Source: Myxococcota bacterium | Lineage (GTDB): Bacteria; Myxococcota_A; UBA796 | DNA: 64,000 nt | Assembly (NCBI GenBank): GCA_047621685.1 | Contig: JBLHNG010000002.1 | Coordinates: forward strand, 2,350 to 66,349 | Direction of reading: 5' to 3' | Part shown: positions 1 to 9,115 of the stretch, one piece after another | Layout: each line of letters opens with the position of its first letter | Position numbering within the stretch: position 1 is the stretch's first letter | The notes under the pieces: generated by a model | What the model was told of the DNA's origin: nothing | The model's database searches: none | Seen by the model: the letters and a program-made list of their open reading frames with translations, nothing else | Position numbers and translations under genes: made by a program

Positions 1-994
1 GACCGAACAGGTCCGCCAGCATCCGGATCTTCGCCGCAGGAACCCCGGATATCTCCTCGACCCGCTCCGGGGTGTACTCGGCGATGGCGGTCTTGTATGC
101 CTCGAAGGTCATCTCCTCGCCCTTCAGCGTGCCGGGATCGGTGTCCTTTCGAAACGAGCAGTGCTTCTCAATAAACTCGGCGTCGTAGCTGCCGTTCTTG
201 ATGAGGAGGTGGGCGATTCCGTTGGCGATGGCGAGGTCGGACTGGGGGGTGAACTCCAGGTACTCCTGGCAGTGGGCGGTGGTGCGGGTGCGGCGGGTGC
301 CGATGTCAATGAGCAGCACCTCCTCGCCCCGGCTGCGGCGGTCGATGACCCGGGAGAACAGCACCGGGTGCATCTCAGCAGGGTTGTTGCCCCACATGAT
401 CAGCACGTCGCAGGCGTCGAGGTCGTCGTAGCAGCCCGCCGGCTCGTCCACCCCATAGGTCGCGACAAACCCGGTGACCGCGCTGGCCATGCACAGCCGG
501 GCGTTGGGGTCGATGTGGTTGTTGGACAGCCCGCCCTTCATGAACTTCTGGGCGGCATAGCCCTCGGGGATGGTCCACTGACCGCTGCCGTAGAATGCGA
601 AGCCAGACGGGTCCAGCTCCACCCGGTCGGCGATGACCGAGATGGCCTCCTCCCAGCTCACCGGGACCAGCTCGCCGTTCTTGCGCAGCAGCGGGGTCCG
701 AAGTCGATCCTCGCCGTACAGCGCGAGGCCGACGTGGTAGCCCTTCACACACAGCAGGCCCTTGTTGACCTCTGCCTGCTGATCACCGGCGATGGCGACC
801 ACACGGCCGCTCTTCACGCCGACCTGGACATGGCAGCCGGTGCCGCAGAACCGGCAGGGGGCTTTGTCCCAGCGCACGCCGTCGCCAGTCCGGCGGGCCT
901 GCTCTTCGCTCTGTCCGCGGGCGACTCCAGAGGCCGCTGCGGTTGCTGCGGCCATCGCGCTCAACTTGAGGAAGGTTCGTCGATCGGTGCTCAT
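1..994 (-). CDS. napA: periplasmic nitrate reductase catalytic subunit NapA (5' part only; gene runs off the window start)
   Basis: My own minus-strand translation from ATG at 994 gives MSTDRRTFLKLSAMAAATAAASGVARG (twin-arginine signal). It continues WDKAPCRFCGTGCHVQVGVKSGRVVAIAGD.., the N-terminal 4Fe-4S Cys motif typical of NapA. The ORF is open-ended, so it is absent from the supplied track. Confidence 0.85.
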   Translation of the reverse strand, partial: MSTDRRTFLKLSAMAAATAAASGVARGQSEEQARRTGDGVRWDKAPCRFCGTGCHVQVGVKSGRVVAIAGDQQAEVNKGLLCVKGYHVGLALYGEDRLRTPLLRKNGELVPVSWEEAISVIADRVELDPSGFAFYGSGQWTIPEGYAAQKFMKGGLSNNHIDPNARLCMASAVTGFVATYGVDEPAGCYDDLDACDVLIMWGNNPAEMHPVLFSRVIDRRSRGEEVLLIDIGTRRTRTTAHCQEYLEFTPQSDLAIANGIAHLLIKNGSYDAEFIEKHCSFRKDTDPGTLKGEEMTFEAYKTAIAEYTPERVEEISGVPAAKIRMLADLFG

Positions 995-1275
995 GGCGTG
1001 CTCTCTGCATCGCAGGGTTCTTGGAGATCGCGGGGTTCTTGAAGATCGGAGAAGTCGGCGAAGACCAGCTCGGCGGCCAGCACGCCCGACAGCCCGGCGG
1101 TCCAGCACCACAGCGCCTTGTCCTCGTCGCGGTCGCGAGACTCCAAGACGACGGGGAGGCGATGGCCGTGCACATCACCGAGGGTGATCCGGGGCTCTGC
1201 GGACAGGGCGGAGAGGATCGCTTGACGCCGGTCATTGCTGCCGGTGAGGGTGAGGACCGCGCTGAGAACAGGCAT
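991..1275 (-). CDS. napD: NapD-like nitrate reductase maturation chaperone
   Basis: 94-aa product from internal ATG 1275 (MPVLSAVLTLTGSNDRRQAILSALSAEPRITLGDVHGHRLPVVLESRD..GVLAAELVFADF). Size and pattern fit NapD. ATGA start/stop overlaps with both neighbours, and it lies directly upstream of napA. Confidence 0.6.
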   Translation of the reverse strand: MPVLSAVLTLTGSNDRRQAILSALSAEPRITLGDVHGHRLPVVLESRDRDEDKALWCWTAGLSGVLAAELVFADFSDLQEPRDLQEPCDAESTP

Positions 1276-2525
1276 CAGGTCACCTTTGCCGGTGTGTCGG
1301 CGTGCATGCGCTCGGTGAAGACCGCGATGGCGATCTTGATGCCGAGGGTGAAGATCATCATGCCCAGCGCCCAGATCCCGGCGACGACCCGCCACTCCAG
1401 CTCATTGGGCATGTACTCGATGATCTCGTGGAGGGTGCTCGGGATGAAGCCAGGCACAACCAGGCCCATGCCCTTCTCGATCCAGACGCCGATGAAGGTC
1501 AGCACACAGGCAATGTCGATGCGCCACAGGTGCGCTCGGGTCCGGCTGACCATCAACAGCACGGCGGCGGAGACGTTGAAGACGAGCGCCGTCCAGATCC
1601 AGGGGACCAGGGCGTTGTGTCCGTGGAGTCCGAAGAACAGGTACTGCGCCGAGGCGGTGTGCGAGCCGCCGGTGTAGAACTCGGTGAACACCTCGGAGCC
1701 CACCAAAAACAGGTTGATCAGCACAGTGACCCGGAGGATCTTCACCAGGGTCCACATCGGGGCCATGGAGAATTCGACCCCGCCCACCTTTCGGATGACC
1801 TGCAGCGCCAGGATGATGAACGCCGGACCGGAGACAAACGCCGAGACCAGGAACCGGGGGGCGAGCAGCGCGGTGTTCCAGAACGGCCGCCCGCCCAGTC
1901 CGCTGAACAGGAACGCGGTCACCGTGTGGATCGACACTGCCCAGGCGATGGAGAGGAAGACGAATGGCAGATACCAGCGCTTGTCGGGTGCTCGACCCAG
2001 GTAGCGCATGTACATCAGGTAGCCGCAGATGTGCAGGTTCAACAGCAGGTATCCAGCGAGGACCACCACATCCCAGGTCAACATGCTGACCGGCCAGTTG
2101 AACCGCCCGATGAACGGCATCATGTGCCACGCCCGGTCGGGTCGGCCGATGTCGACGTTGACAAAGCCCAGCGCCATCACGATCGCGGCCACCGCGAGGA
2201 TCTCGCCGATGATCACGATGTCGTGCATCTTCTGGTCGTCGTAGACGTAGGCGGGGATCACCATCATCACCGCCCCTGCAGCCAGTCCAACGGTGAACGC
2301 AAAGTTGGCGATGTAGATGCCCCAGGAGACATGGTCAGACATCGCGGTGACGCCCATGCCGTTGATCAGCTGGTGCGTCCAGCCGCTGACGCCGACCAGG
2401 AAGATCGCGGTCAGCGCGGTCATCCAGGTGTAGAACTGCCAGCCGCCGTCAGTGGCGACACCAGCGGCCCGCCAGAGGAAGGCGGGGTAGGATTTTAGAG
2501 GGGCTGCGTGCTGTGAGTTGCTCAC
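1275..2525 (-). CDS. NrfD/PsrC-family integral membrane quinol-interacting subunit
   Basis: 416 aa with many hydrophobic helices, and a sequence character typical of polysulfide-reductase NrfD/ActC-like proteins. GTG start 9 nt after the stop of the FeS subunit gene. Confidence 0.8.
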   Translation of the reverse strand: MSNSQHAAPLKSYPAFLWRAAGVATDGGWQFYTWMTALTAIFLVGVSGWTHQLINGMGVTAMSDHVSWGIYIANFAFTVGLAAGAVMMVIPAYVYDDQKMHDIVIIGEILAVAAIVMALGFVNVDIGRPDRAWHMMPFIGRFNWPVSMLTWDVVVLAGYLLLNLHICGYLMYMRYLGRAPDKRWYLPFVFLSIAWAVSIHTVTAFLFSGLGGRPFWNTALLAPRFLVSAFVSGPAFIILALQVIRKVGGVEFSMAPMWTLVKILRVTVLINLFLVGSEVFTEFYTGGSHTASAQYLFFGLHGHNALVPWIWTALVFNVSAAVLLMVSRTRAHLWRIDIACVLTFIGVWIEKGMGLVVPGFIPSTLHEIIEYMPNELEWRVVAGIWALGMMIFTLGIKIAIAVFTERMHADTPAKVT

Positions 2526-2534
2526 GATGCGTCC

Positions 2535-3437
2535 CTATTCATCGAAGAAGTAGAAGAACCGGGGCTGCGTGCCGAGGTCTTCTTTGAGGATGAACACGCG
2601 CTTGTTTTCCAGCACCCAGCGGATCTCGGACTTCGGATCCAGCAGGTTGCCGAACACCCGCGCCCCGGTCGGGCAGGCCTCCAGGCAGGCTGGCTGGAGC
2701 CCCTTGCGAGTGCGGTGGAGGCAAAAGGTGCACTTCTCCATCACGCCCTGGGGGCGGATGCGGTTGGAGAGGTAGGCCTGGTCGGGGTTGATCTCCTCGG
2801 CCGGGACCTCAGGCTTGCTCCAGTTGAACCGTCGGGCGTGGTACGGACACGCCGCCTCACAGTACCGACAGCCGATGCACCAGTTGTAGTCGACGACCAC
2901 GATGCCGTCGGGCTCCTTCCAGGTGGCCTCGATCGGGCAGACCGTCACACAGGGCGCGTTGTCGCACTGGTGGCACTGCACCGGCATGTAGTAGCGGTCC
3001 TTCTGGGGGACCGCGTGGTCGTAGTCGCTGGTCGAGAACGCCAGATCGACGGTGCCCTTCTTGATCTCCAGCACCTTGATGTAGCTGTTGTTCGTCGCCC
3101 GGTCGTGGTTGTTCTCCTTGTGGCAGGCCTGCGCACAGCGCCGACAGCCGTTGCAGACGGAGAGGTTCAGGGCGTAGCCAAACTGGACATCGGGGATCGG
3201 GCGAGTGTCCTCGATGGTGACCACCACACCGTACTCTTCGAAGGTCTGATCCTCCAGGCGACCGAGCACCAGCTCCATCTCATCCCGAGACAGCTCCTTG
3301 TAGTGCTTCTGCAGGAAGCTATCGATGTCGATGTCGTCGGTCAGCTCGGTCAGCGGTGCGATTGCACGGGCAAAGGCGGTCGCGCCCAGGGTCGCGCCGA
3401 GGGTCTTGATCGCCGCACGGCGGGAGACGGGTTCCAT
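2535..3437 (-). CDS. Tat-exported 4x[4Fe-4S] ferredoxin subunit (NrfC/PsrB/DmsB type)
   Basis: Start taken at ATG 3437 (MEPVSRRAAIKTLGATLGA, twin-arginine signal; ATGA overlap with the upstream cytochrome gene). Four Cys clusters: CNGCRRCAQAC, CHQCDNAPCVTVCP, CIGCRYCEAACP, CTFC..ACLEACP. Confidence 0.8.
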   Translation of the reverse strand: MEPVSRRAAIKTLGATLGATAFARAIAPLTELTDDIDIDSFLQKHYKELSRDEMELVLGRLEDQTFEEYGVVVTIEDTRPIPDVQFGYALNLSVCNGCRRCAQACHKENNHDRATNNSYIKVLEIKKGTVDLAFSTSDYDHAVPQKDRYYMPVQCHQCDNAPCVTVCPIEATWKEPDGIVVVDYNWCIGCRYCEAACPYHARRFNWSKPEVPAEEINPDQAYLSNRIRPQGVMEKCTFCLHRTRKGLQPACLEACPTGARVFGNLLDPKSEIRWVLENKRVFILKEDLGTQPRFFYFFDE

Positions 3438-4030
3438 CAATGATCTCCGGTATGGAAGAAGCGATCGGCTGGGTAGTGGACGGGCATGCCGCCCTGATAG
3501 GCGGGCTGGTGAGCGCCGTGGCAGTCCAGGCAGTGGTTCCGGGTGCGCGGGCCCTGGCGGAGGTCCCAGTACCCGGACATGCCGCCGTGAGAGCCGGCCT
3601 TGTAGTCCCGGGTCTGCGGTCCGTGGCACTGCGCGCAGAGGGTCATCGCCTCGGTCATCGCCAGGGGGGTCCCGTCGGCGAGGTGCAGCTGGCTGCGGTC
3701 GGCGTCGTCGTGACATGCCGCACAGCTGACGTCGCCGTGGGCCATCGGCATCGCACCGTGGAAGTCCTCGGGGTTGTCGAGGTCGACGACGATCGGGTCT
3801 GCATCCGGGCCGTGGCAGGTCTGACAGGCAACCCCGATGGGAGTGCCGTTGATGTCGACCAGCGAGGTGTCCGCCACACCGAGGGTCTTCGGCTGGTGGA
3901 TCGTGACCGGGTGGAGGGTGTCCGAGGTGATCGGCGAGGCGAATTCCCGATCAGGATCGGAGAAGCCGCGATCACAGGCGGTCAGGAGCAGTAGCAGCAG
4001 GGGAACAGACATCACCCGGCCCTTTTGCAA
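3437..4030 (-). CDS. tetrahaem c-type cytochrome lipoprotein
   Basis: 197 aa with lipobox LLLTAC and four CxxCH motifs (CQTCH, CAACH, CAQCH, CLDCH). First gene of the cytochrome-FeS-NrfD-napD-napA string. Confidence 0.8.
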   Translation of the reverse strand: MQKGRVMSVPLLLLLLTACDRGFSDPDREFASPITSDTLHPVTIHQPKTLGVADTSLVDINGTPIGVACQTCHGPDADPIVVDLDNPEDFHGAMPMAHGDVSCAACHDDADRSQLHLADGTPLAMTEAMTLCAQCHGPQTRDYKAGSHGGMSGYWDLRQGPRTRNHCLDCHGAHQPAYQGGMPVHYPADRFFHTGDH

Positions 4031-4094
4031 AGGCCATGCCCGGAACCAGGACTGGTAGAAGGTGGTCTCTCGGAGACTAAATCGAGTCCGTTAC

Positions 4095-4651
4095 CTACTG
4101 AGGTGGCATCTTCCTCAGCATCCTGAGTGAAAAGACACACCATCCCGTCCAGAGCACCGCCAGCAGCACCCCGCACACCGCCGCGATCCCGGCCTGCTGT
4201 GGCAGCAGGATCGCAGCACACATGCCTGACAGCACGGTGAGGACGAGACCCCGAAGCATTGCGGGGAGCGGGATCGGCCACAGGCTGATCAGCAGCGGAC
4301 CGAGCACGATGAAGTGCAGCCCAGCGACCGCGACGCCGTGGCTCAGGGGACCAGCCCGCTGCCAACGACACAAAGCCCGCCCGCAGCCACCGCCCAGGCC
4401 AGCCGGAGGTCGAGGGACTGTCGGGCCTGGAGGGCGACCACCCCTACGCCCACCCCGACCACCAGAAGTCCCACCGACAGCGCCGGACTCTCCACCGCAC
4501 CCATCGACAGCGCCCCGGCGACCACCGCGATCAGCCACGCCAGCCCAGAGAGGCTCCGAGCACCGATGCGCTGCAGCGCGGTGGGCAGCAGCGCGCCGAG
4601 CGCCAGGCCCCCACCCAGACCGTGCCCGTCAGGCTCAGCAGCGCGAGCCAC
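4095..4651 (-). pseudogene. polytopic membrane protein apparently split over two reading frames (possible frameshift near 4340-4350)
   Basis: ORF 4343..4651 (..LLVVGVGVGVVALQ..AAGGLCVVGSGLVP*) and the 3' part of ORF 4095..4538 (..VAVAGLHFIVLGPLLISLWPIPLP..LAVLWTGWCVF..) are both hydrophobic and helix-like. They abut at a C-run. Two small genes is an alternative reading. Confidence 0.3.
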
Positions 4652-4692
4652 ACCAACATCTGTTGCGTGTTCAAACCCCGCATCCCCGATAC

Positions 4693-5139
4693 ATGTCTGT
4701 CATGCTGATCCCTCAGACCGCTGAGTATGCCTTCCGCGCCATGAGCTGCCTGGCCAGTCGCTACACAGACCTCGCCATCCGCTCCAGGGATCTCTCCAAG
4801 CAGGCCAACATCCCGCCGTTCTACCTCTCCAAGATCATGCGTCGGCTGGTCGTCGCCGGGCTGGTGACCTCGCAGCGGGGCCACGGCGGAGGCTTCCAGC
4901 TGGCGAAGCCCCCTGGGCAGATCCGCTTCCTCGACATCCTCGAAGCCGTCGACTACCACGCCGAGCTGGGTCGATGTGCGTTCGGCATCGGTCGGTGCAA
5001 CCCTGAGAACCCCTGCCCGCTGCACGACTCCTGGAGCACGCTGCAGGGCAGCTTCCTGCACTGGGCGAGCACCAACCGCCTCGACACCCTCGCAGACAAT
5101 TCGTACCGAATCCCGCAGGCTCACGACAAGCTGGAGTAG
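4693..5139 (+). CDS. Rrf2-family transcriptional regulator, NsrR-like (Fe-S, NO-sensing type)
   Basis: M(SVM)LIPQTAEYAFRAMSCLA.. is a typical Rrf2 N-terminal wHTH (the alternative start ATG 4702 gives the canonical MLIPQTAEY). Three clustered Cys (C-x6-C-x5-C: GRCAFGIGRCNPENPC) as in Fe-S Rrf2 proteins. Adjacent to the nor genes. Confidence 0.8.
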   Translation: MSVMLIPQTAEYAFRAMSCLASRYTDLAIRSRDLSKQANIPPFYLSKIMRRLVVAGLVTSQRGHGGGFQLAKPPGQIRFLDILEAVDYHAELGRCAFGIGRCNPENPCPLHDSWSTLQGSFLHWASTNRLDTLADNSYRIPQAHDKLE

Positions 5140-6941
5140 ACCGCGCTGAGAGTCTCCACCAGATCGTCAGGCCGGGGGAGGATGCTCCAGCCGCCGGTCC
5201 CGAGCATCTGCGGCAGGTAGTCCCGGGCACGCACGTCGATGGCGAGGGCGTGGGTGTGGATGCGCTGCTGCCGGGCCTCCCGGATCGCCTGCCGGACGTC
5301 TGCCACCCCGTACCGTCCCTCGTAGCGGTCGTAGTCGGTGGGCTTGCCATCAGAGACCAGCAGCAGGAGCCGATCCTTCGCGGAGACCCGGGCCAGACCG
5401 GCGGCCGCGTGACGGATGGCCGGTCCGATCCGGGTGTAGCCCTGCGGCGCGAGTCCCCCCAGCCGACCGCGTCCGACCGACCACGGCTCGTGCCAGTCCC
5501 GGATGCACCACACCCGGACCTGGTTGCGGGTCTGAGAGGCGAAGCCGAGGACCTGGAGCCGATCTCCCAGCCGATCCGCGACCTCCCCCAGCACCAGGAC
5601 GGCCTCTCGGGCAACGTCCAGCACCCGCCGGTTGTTGATCCAGGCGTCTGAAGACAGGGACAGGTCCAGCAGCACGGTGGTCGCAATGTCCCGCTGTGCC
5701 CGACGCTGCCGGATGTACAGCCGCCGCGAGGGCTGCCGGCCCGCCGCCAGCGCAGCTCGGGCGTCCACCACCGCATCGACGTCGACATCCTCTCCCGAGC
5801 GCTGGCGGTGCGCGGGTCGCAGGCGGCTGCGGCGGGCGAGCAGGCGGCGGTGGAGGGTCTCGATGAGCCGACGGTGGGTGCGCAGGGCGGCCCGGGACCA
5901 GCTGGGATCCCCTGGCGGCAGCCCGGCGGGGTAGACGCTGCACCAGCCGGGCCGGTATCTCCGACGCCGGAAGTCCCACTCGTCGTACCGCAGCGCCGTC
6001 TCTCCCGGCTCAATGCGCGAGATGTCCGGCACTGAGGCACCCATGGAGATGTCTGCCCGGTACACCGAGTGCGCCTGAGGACCGCCCCGGATGAGGTGGG
6101 AGAGATCCAGCTCGGAGAGCGCCTCCATGTGCTCGCTGAGATCGTCGCCGCCGTCGAGCTGACGCAGGGTTCCGGCGAACTCTTCGAGGGTCTCGACCTT
6201 CTCGAAGGTGTGCGTCGGCAGCTCGGTGACCCGGTCGGGATCCCGGTGGACGATGGTGAGGTCCTCGACCGGTGGCGCCTCTTCCTCGGTGCCACCAGAG
6301 GACGGCGGAGCGGCGTCGGCATCGGCGTCAGAAGCCTCACTGACCTCCACCGGGATCAGCGCCCCCCACAGCAGCGGCGGCGGACAGGACGCCGCGCCCT
6401 CCACGACCTCATCGAGGGGCTCGCCGCGCAGGGCTGCGTGGACGAGTCGCTGTGCAGGGTGCTCGGCAGCCGGATGCGCGGCGAGCAGGATCGGCAGGAC
6501 CTCATCCAGCGCAGTCGCATAGCCAGGAAGCTCCTCCCGAAGCAGGGCGATCGCCTCCCGACCGACCCGCAGCCCGGCGAGAAAGCGGGCATCGGGATCG
6601 GCGGGGACTTTGGGGGAGAGGCGGCAGATGGTCGCCCCGGTCGCCACCCGGAGCAGGTAGAGACCGGCGTTGGCCTCCGGGTCGTCCAGCAGGTCGATCC
6701 ACGGCGGCAGCAGGAGGTCCCGCCCCCGGATGCCGCCATGGGTTCGAGCGGTGAGGATGCGGACCGGGCGCCCGGCGAGCACCGAGCCCACGATGCGCAG
6801 CCGTCCCTCAACCGTAGCAAGCTGCGCGGCCCGGTCTGCGTCAAACGCGGGTGCTTGAGTCGGGGTGACCGCCCGCCACAGGGAGCGCAGCGCCTTGAAG
6901 ATGCCCAGCTCCCAGTCCAGCTCCAGGCTTGGTCTGCCCAC
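5121..6941 (-). CDS. norD: nitric oxide reductase activation protein NorD (VWA domain)
   Basis: 606 aa with a C-terminal von Willebrand A domain carrying a MIDAS-like motif (VLLDLSLSSD). Immediately downstream of norQ/norB/norC. GTG start overlaps the norQ stop by 1 nt. Confidence 0.85.
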   Translation of the reverse strand: MGRPSLELDWELGIFKALRSLWRAVTPTQAPAFDADRAAQLATVEGRLRIVGSVLAGRPVRILTARTHGGIRGRDLLLPPWIDLLDDPEANAGLYLLRVATGATICRLSPKVPADPDARFLAGLRVGREAIALLREELPGYATALDEVLPILLAAHPAAEHPAQRLVHAALRGEPLDEVVEGAASCPPPLLWGALIPVEVSEASDADADAAPPSSGGTEEEAPPVEDLTIVHRDPDRVTELPTHTFEKVETLEEFAGTLRQLDGGDDLSEHMEALSELDLSHLIRGGPQAHSVYRADISMGASVPDISRIEPGETALRYDEWDFRRRRYRPGWCSVYPAGLPPGDPSWSRAALRTHRRLIETLHRRLLARRSRLRPAHRQRSGEDVDVDAVVDARAALAAGRQPSRRLYIRQRRAQRDIATTVLLDLSLSSDAWINNRRVLDVAREAVLVLGEVADRLGDRLQVLGFASQTRNQVRVWCIRDWHEPWSVGRGRLGGLAPQGYTRIGPAIRHAAAGLARVSAKDRLLLLVSDGKPTDYDRYEGRYGVADVRQAIREARQQRIHTHALAIDVRARDYLPQMLGTGGWSILPRPDDLVETLSAVYSSLS

Positions 6942-7744
6942 TACAGCACCAGCCGAACGACGTCCATCAGCCCGGCGATCAGCTCCGAGTCGTCGGTCAG
7001 CGGCTCGATGATGCCCGCCTGACAGGCCGCCCGAGGTGACATGCCGACACCGATCAGCCGGGCAGCCCCGACCAGCAGTCTCGTCGAGGGCTTCTCCGCC
7101 AGTCCCAGCTCCTCCAGGCCGCGCAGCTTGCCGACCAGCGCGACCAGCAGCCGGGCAGTGCGGGTGTCGATTCCGGTCTCCCCGATGAGGATCTCGGTCT
7201 CGACGTCTGCGGACGGGTAGTCAAACGACAGCCCGAGGAACCGCTGCCGTGTGGAGGGCTTCAGCTCCTTGAGCGACCCCTGGTAGCCAGGGTTGAAGCT
7301 GACCACCAGCATGAAGTCCGGCCCAGCGGTCAGCACCTCGTCGGTGCGGTCGATGTACAGCTGTCGGCGGTGATCGGTCAGCGGGTGGAGCACAACGACC
7401 ACATCGCTGCGGGCCTCAGCGATCTCGTCGATGTACAGGATCGCGCCCCGCCGGACCGCCCGGGTGACCGGACCGTCCTGCCAGACCGTCTCGCCACCCT
7501 GGATGAGGTAGCGCCCCAGCAGATCGACCGCCGAGGTGTCGTCGTTGGCCGCCACCGTGACCAGCTCTCGCCCCAGCCGCGCGGCCATGTGCTCGACATA
7601 CCGGGACTTCCCGCAGCCGGTCGGCCCCTTGAGCAGGAGCGGCAGATGGCAACCCCAGGCACGCTCAAACAGGGCGATCTCATCGCCGACCGGCCGGTAC
7701 CAGGGCAGCTCTGTGCGTGGGGGGGCTGTGCGTGGGGTGTTCAT
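6941..7744 (-). CDS. norQ: MoxR/CbbQ-type AAA+ ATPase NorQ
   Basis: 267 aa with Walker A GPTGCGKS and Walker B ILYIDEI. CbbQ/NorQ-like throughout, and it lies between norB and norD. Confidence 0.9.
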   Translation of the reverse strand: MNTPRTAPPRTELPWYRPVGDEIALFERAWGCHLPLLLKGPTGCGKSRYVEHMAARLGRELVTVAANDDTSAVDLLGRYLIQGGETVWQDGPVTRAVRRGAILYIDEIAEARSDVVVVLHPLTDHRRQLYIDRTDEVLTAGPDFMLVVSFNPGYQGSLKELKPSTRQRFLGLSFDYPSADVETEILIGETGIDTRTARLLVALVGKLRGLEELGLAEKPSTRLLVGAARLIGVGMSPRAACQAGIIEPLTDDSELIAGLMDVVRLVL

Positions 7745-9109
7745 CTACTTCGCGCTCTGCTGAAGGGCGGGGTCTGAGCGGACCTTCTGGCGGAACACCG
7801 CGCCGTATTGGATGAAGTTCCAGGTGAACAGCCCGATGCCTACAGTGAACAGGGTCGCAGCGAGGACGAGCCCGAGGAAGTGGACCGCGACGGCGTCCTG
7901 GACGTCGAGGAAGTCCATGCCGACTCGCCGCTCCAGGTAGACCTGGGTGATCCCAGCAACTGCGAACGCACCGGTCATCGCAACCATGCCGATGTTCGAC
8001 AGCCAGAACGCCCACTCAGAGGCCCAGCCAGCGAACAGCTTCTTGCCGGTCATCTCCGGCAGGACGTAGGAGATCATCGCGAAGATGAGCATCGCATAGG
8101 CCCCCCAGAACGCCAGGTGTGCGTGCATCGCGGTGACCAGGGTGCCGTGAGTCCAGATGTTGACCTGCGGGAGGGTGTGGGCGAAGCCGAGGAAGCCAGC
8201 ACCGACAAACGACATGATGCCGCAGCCCACGCTCCAGTACAGCGCGATGCGGTTCTCGTGCTTTCGACCACCCCGTCGGGCCATGGTCACGCAGTACAGG
8301 GCCATGCCGAGGAACGCCAGCGGCTCCAGAGCGGAGAACAGCCCGCCGACCATCAGCCAGTACTCCGGCGCGCCGATCCAGTAGTAGTGGTGGCCAGTGC
8401 CGAGGATTCCGGAGAGGAAGGTGAGGCCGACGATGACATACAGCCACTTCTCGACCACCTCGCGGTCCACGCCAGACAGCTTGATGAGCAGGTACGCCAG
8501 GATCGCGCCCATCACCAGCTCCCAGACCCCCTCGACCCACAGGTGGACGACCCACCAGCGGAAGTAGGAGTCGATCACCTGGGAGTCGAAGGTGATCATG
8601 CCCGGCAGGTACAGCAGGGCAGCAGCGACGAGGCCCGCGAGCAGGGTCACAGAGGTGGTGGTGAACCGCTTGCCCTTAAACAGCGTCATGCCGATGTTCA
8701 GCAGGAACGACAGGACGTTGATCACCACGAGGTAGTCCAGCGGTCGGGGAATCTCCAGGAACTTCCGACCCTCCCACCAGTTGAAGTGAAAGCCGATGAC
8801 CGCAGTCACAGCGACGATCACCAGGCTCGCCCACTGCACCCACGCCAGCGGCAGGCTCCACAGCTCAGTCTCGGCTTCGTCGGGGATGATGTAGTAGGCG
8901 CTGCCCATGAAGCCGCAGAGCATCCAGACCACCAGGAGGTTGGTGTGGGTCGCGCGGGCAACGTTGAACGGGATGATGTCGTGCAGCACGTCGTAGCCCA
9001 TGTGGGCAAAGCCCATGATGAAGCCGTAGACGATCTGGAGGGACAGCAAGAGCAAACAGGTGGCAAAAAAGGTCCAGGCTACGCGCCAGGACTTGTACTT
9101 GAGCATCAC
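7745..9109 (-). CDS. norB: nitric oxide reductase large subunit NorB (cNOR)
   Basis: 454 aa, haem-copper oxidase-like 12-TM protein with HLWVEGVWE (FeB Glu residues) and HHYYWIG motifs. ATG 9106 is the likelier start, because AGGAG lies 6 nt upstream of it; GTG 9109 is the alternative. Confidence 0.95.
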   Translation of the reverse strand: MMLKYKSWRVAWTFFATCLLLLSLQIVYGFIMGFAHMGYDVLHDIIPFNVARATHTNLLVVWMLCGFMGSAYYIIPDEAETELWSLPLAWVQWASLVIVAVTAVIGFHFNWWEGRKFLEIPRPLDYLVVINVLSFLLNIGMTLFKGKRFTTTSVTLLAGLVAAALLYLPGMITFDSQVIDSYFRWWVVHLWVEGVWELVMGAILAYLLIKLSGVDREVVEKWLYVIVGLTFLSGILGTGHHYYWIGAPEYWLMVGGLFSALEPLAFLGMALYCVTMARRGGRKHENRIALYWSVGCGIMSFVGAGFLGFAHTLPQVNIWTHGTLVTAMHAHLAFWGAYAMLIFAMISYVLPEMTGKKLFAGWASEWAFWLSNIGMVAMTGAFAVAGITQVYLERRVGMDFLDVQDAVAVHFLGLVLAATLFTVGIGLFTWNFIQYGAVFRQKVRSDPALQQSAK

Positions 9110-9115
9110 GGACTC

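Noticed and set aside
161-2498. Plus-strand ORFs 161..1042 and 1302..2498
   Set aside because: They are antisense to napA/napD and the NrfD-type gene. Their composition is dominated by Asp/Gly/Arg/His and no family was recognised.
4835-6340. 501-aa minus-strand ORF overlapping norD in another frame; similar long alternative-frame ORFs at 11037..12566, 30118..31614, 42743..43909, 52496..53812 and 59275..60642
   Set aside because: All are off-frame or antisense to genes with clear family signatures, and all are Pro/Arg/Gly/Ser-rich. They are high-GC artefacts.
5121-7744. MoxR-type AAA+ ATPase plus VWA protein pair as a possible stand-alone novel system
   Set aside because: The pair sits directly downstream of norCB with abutting or overlapping junctions, which matches the established NorQ/NorD cNOR maturation factors.
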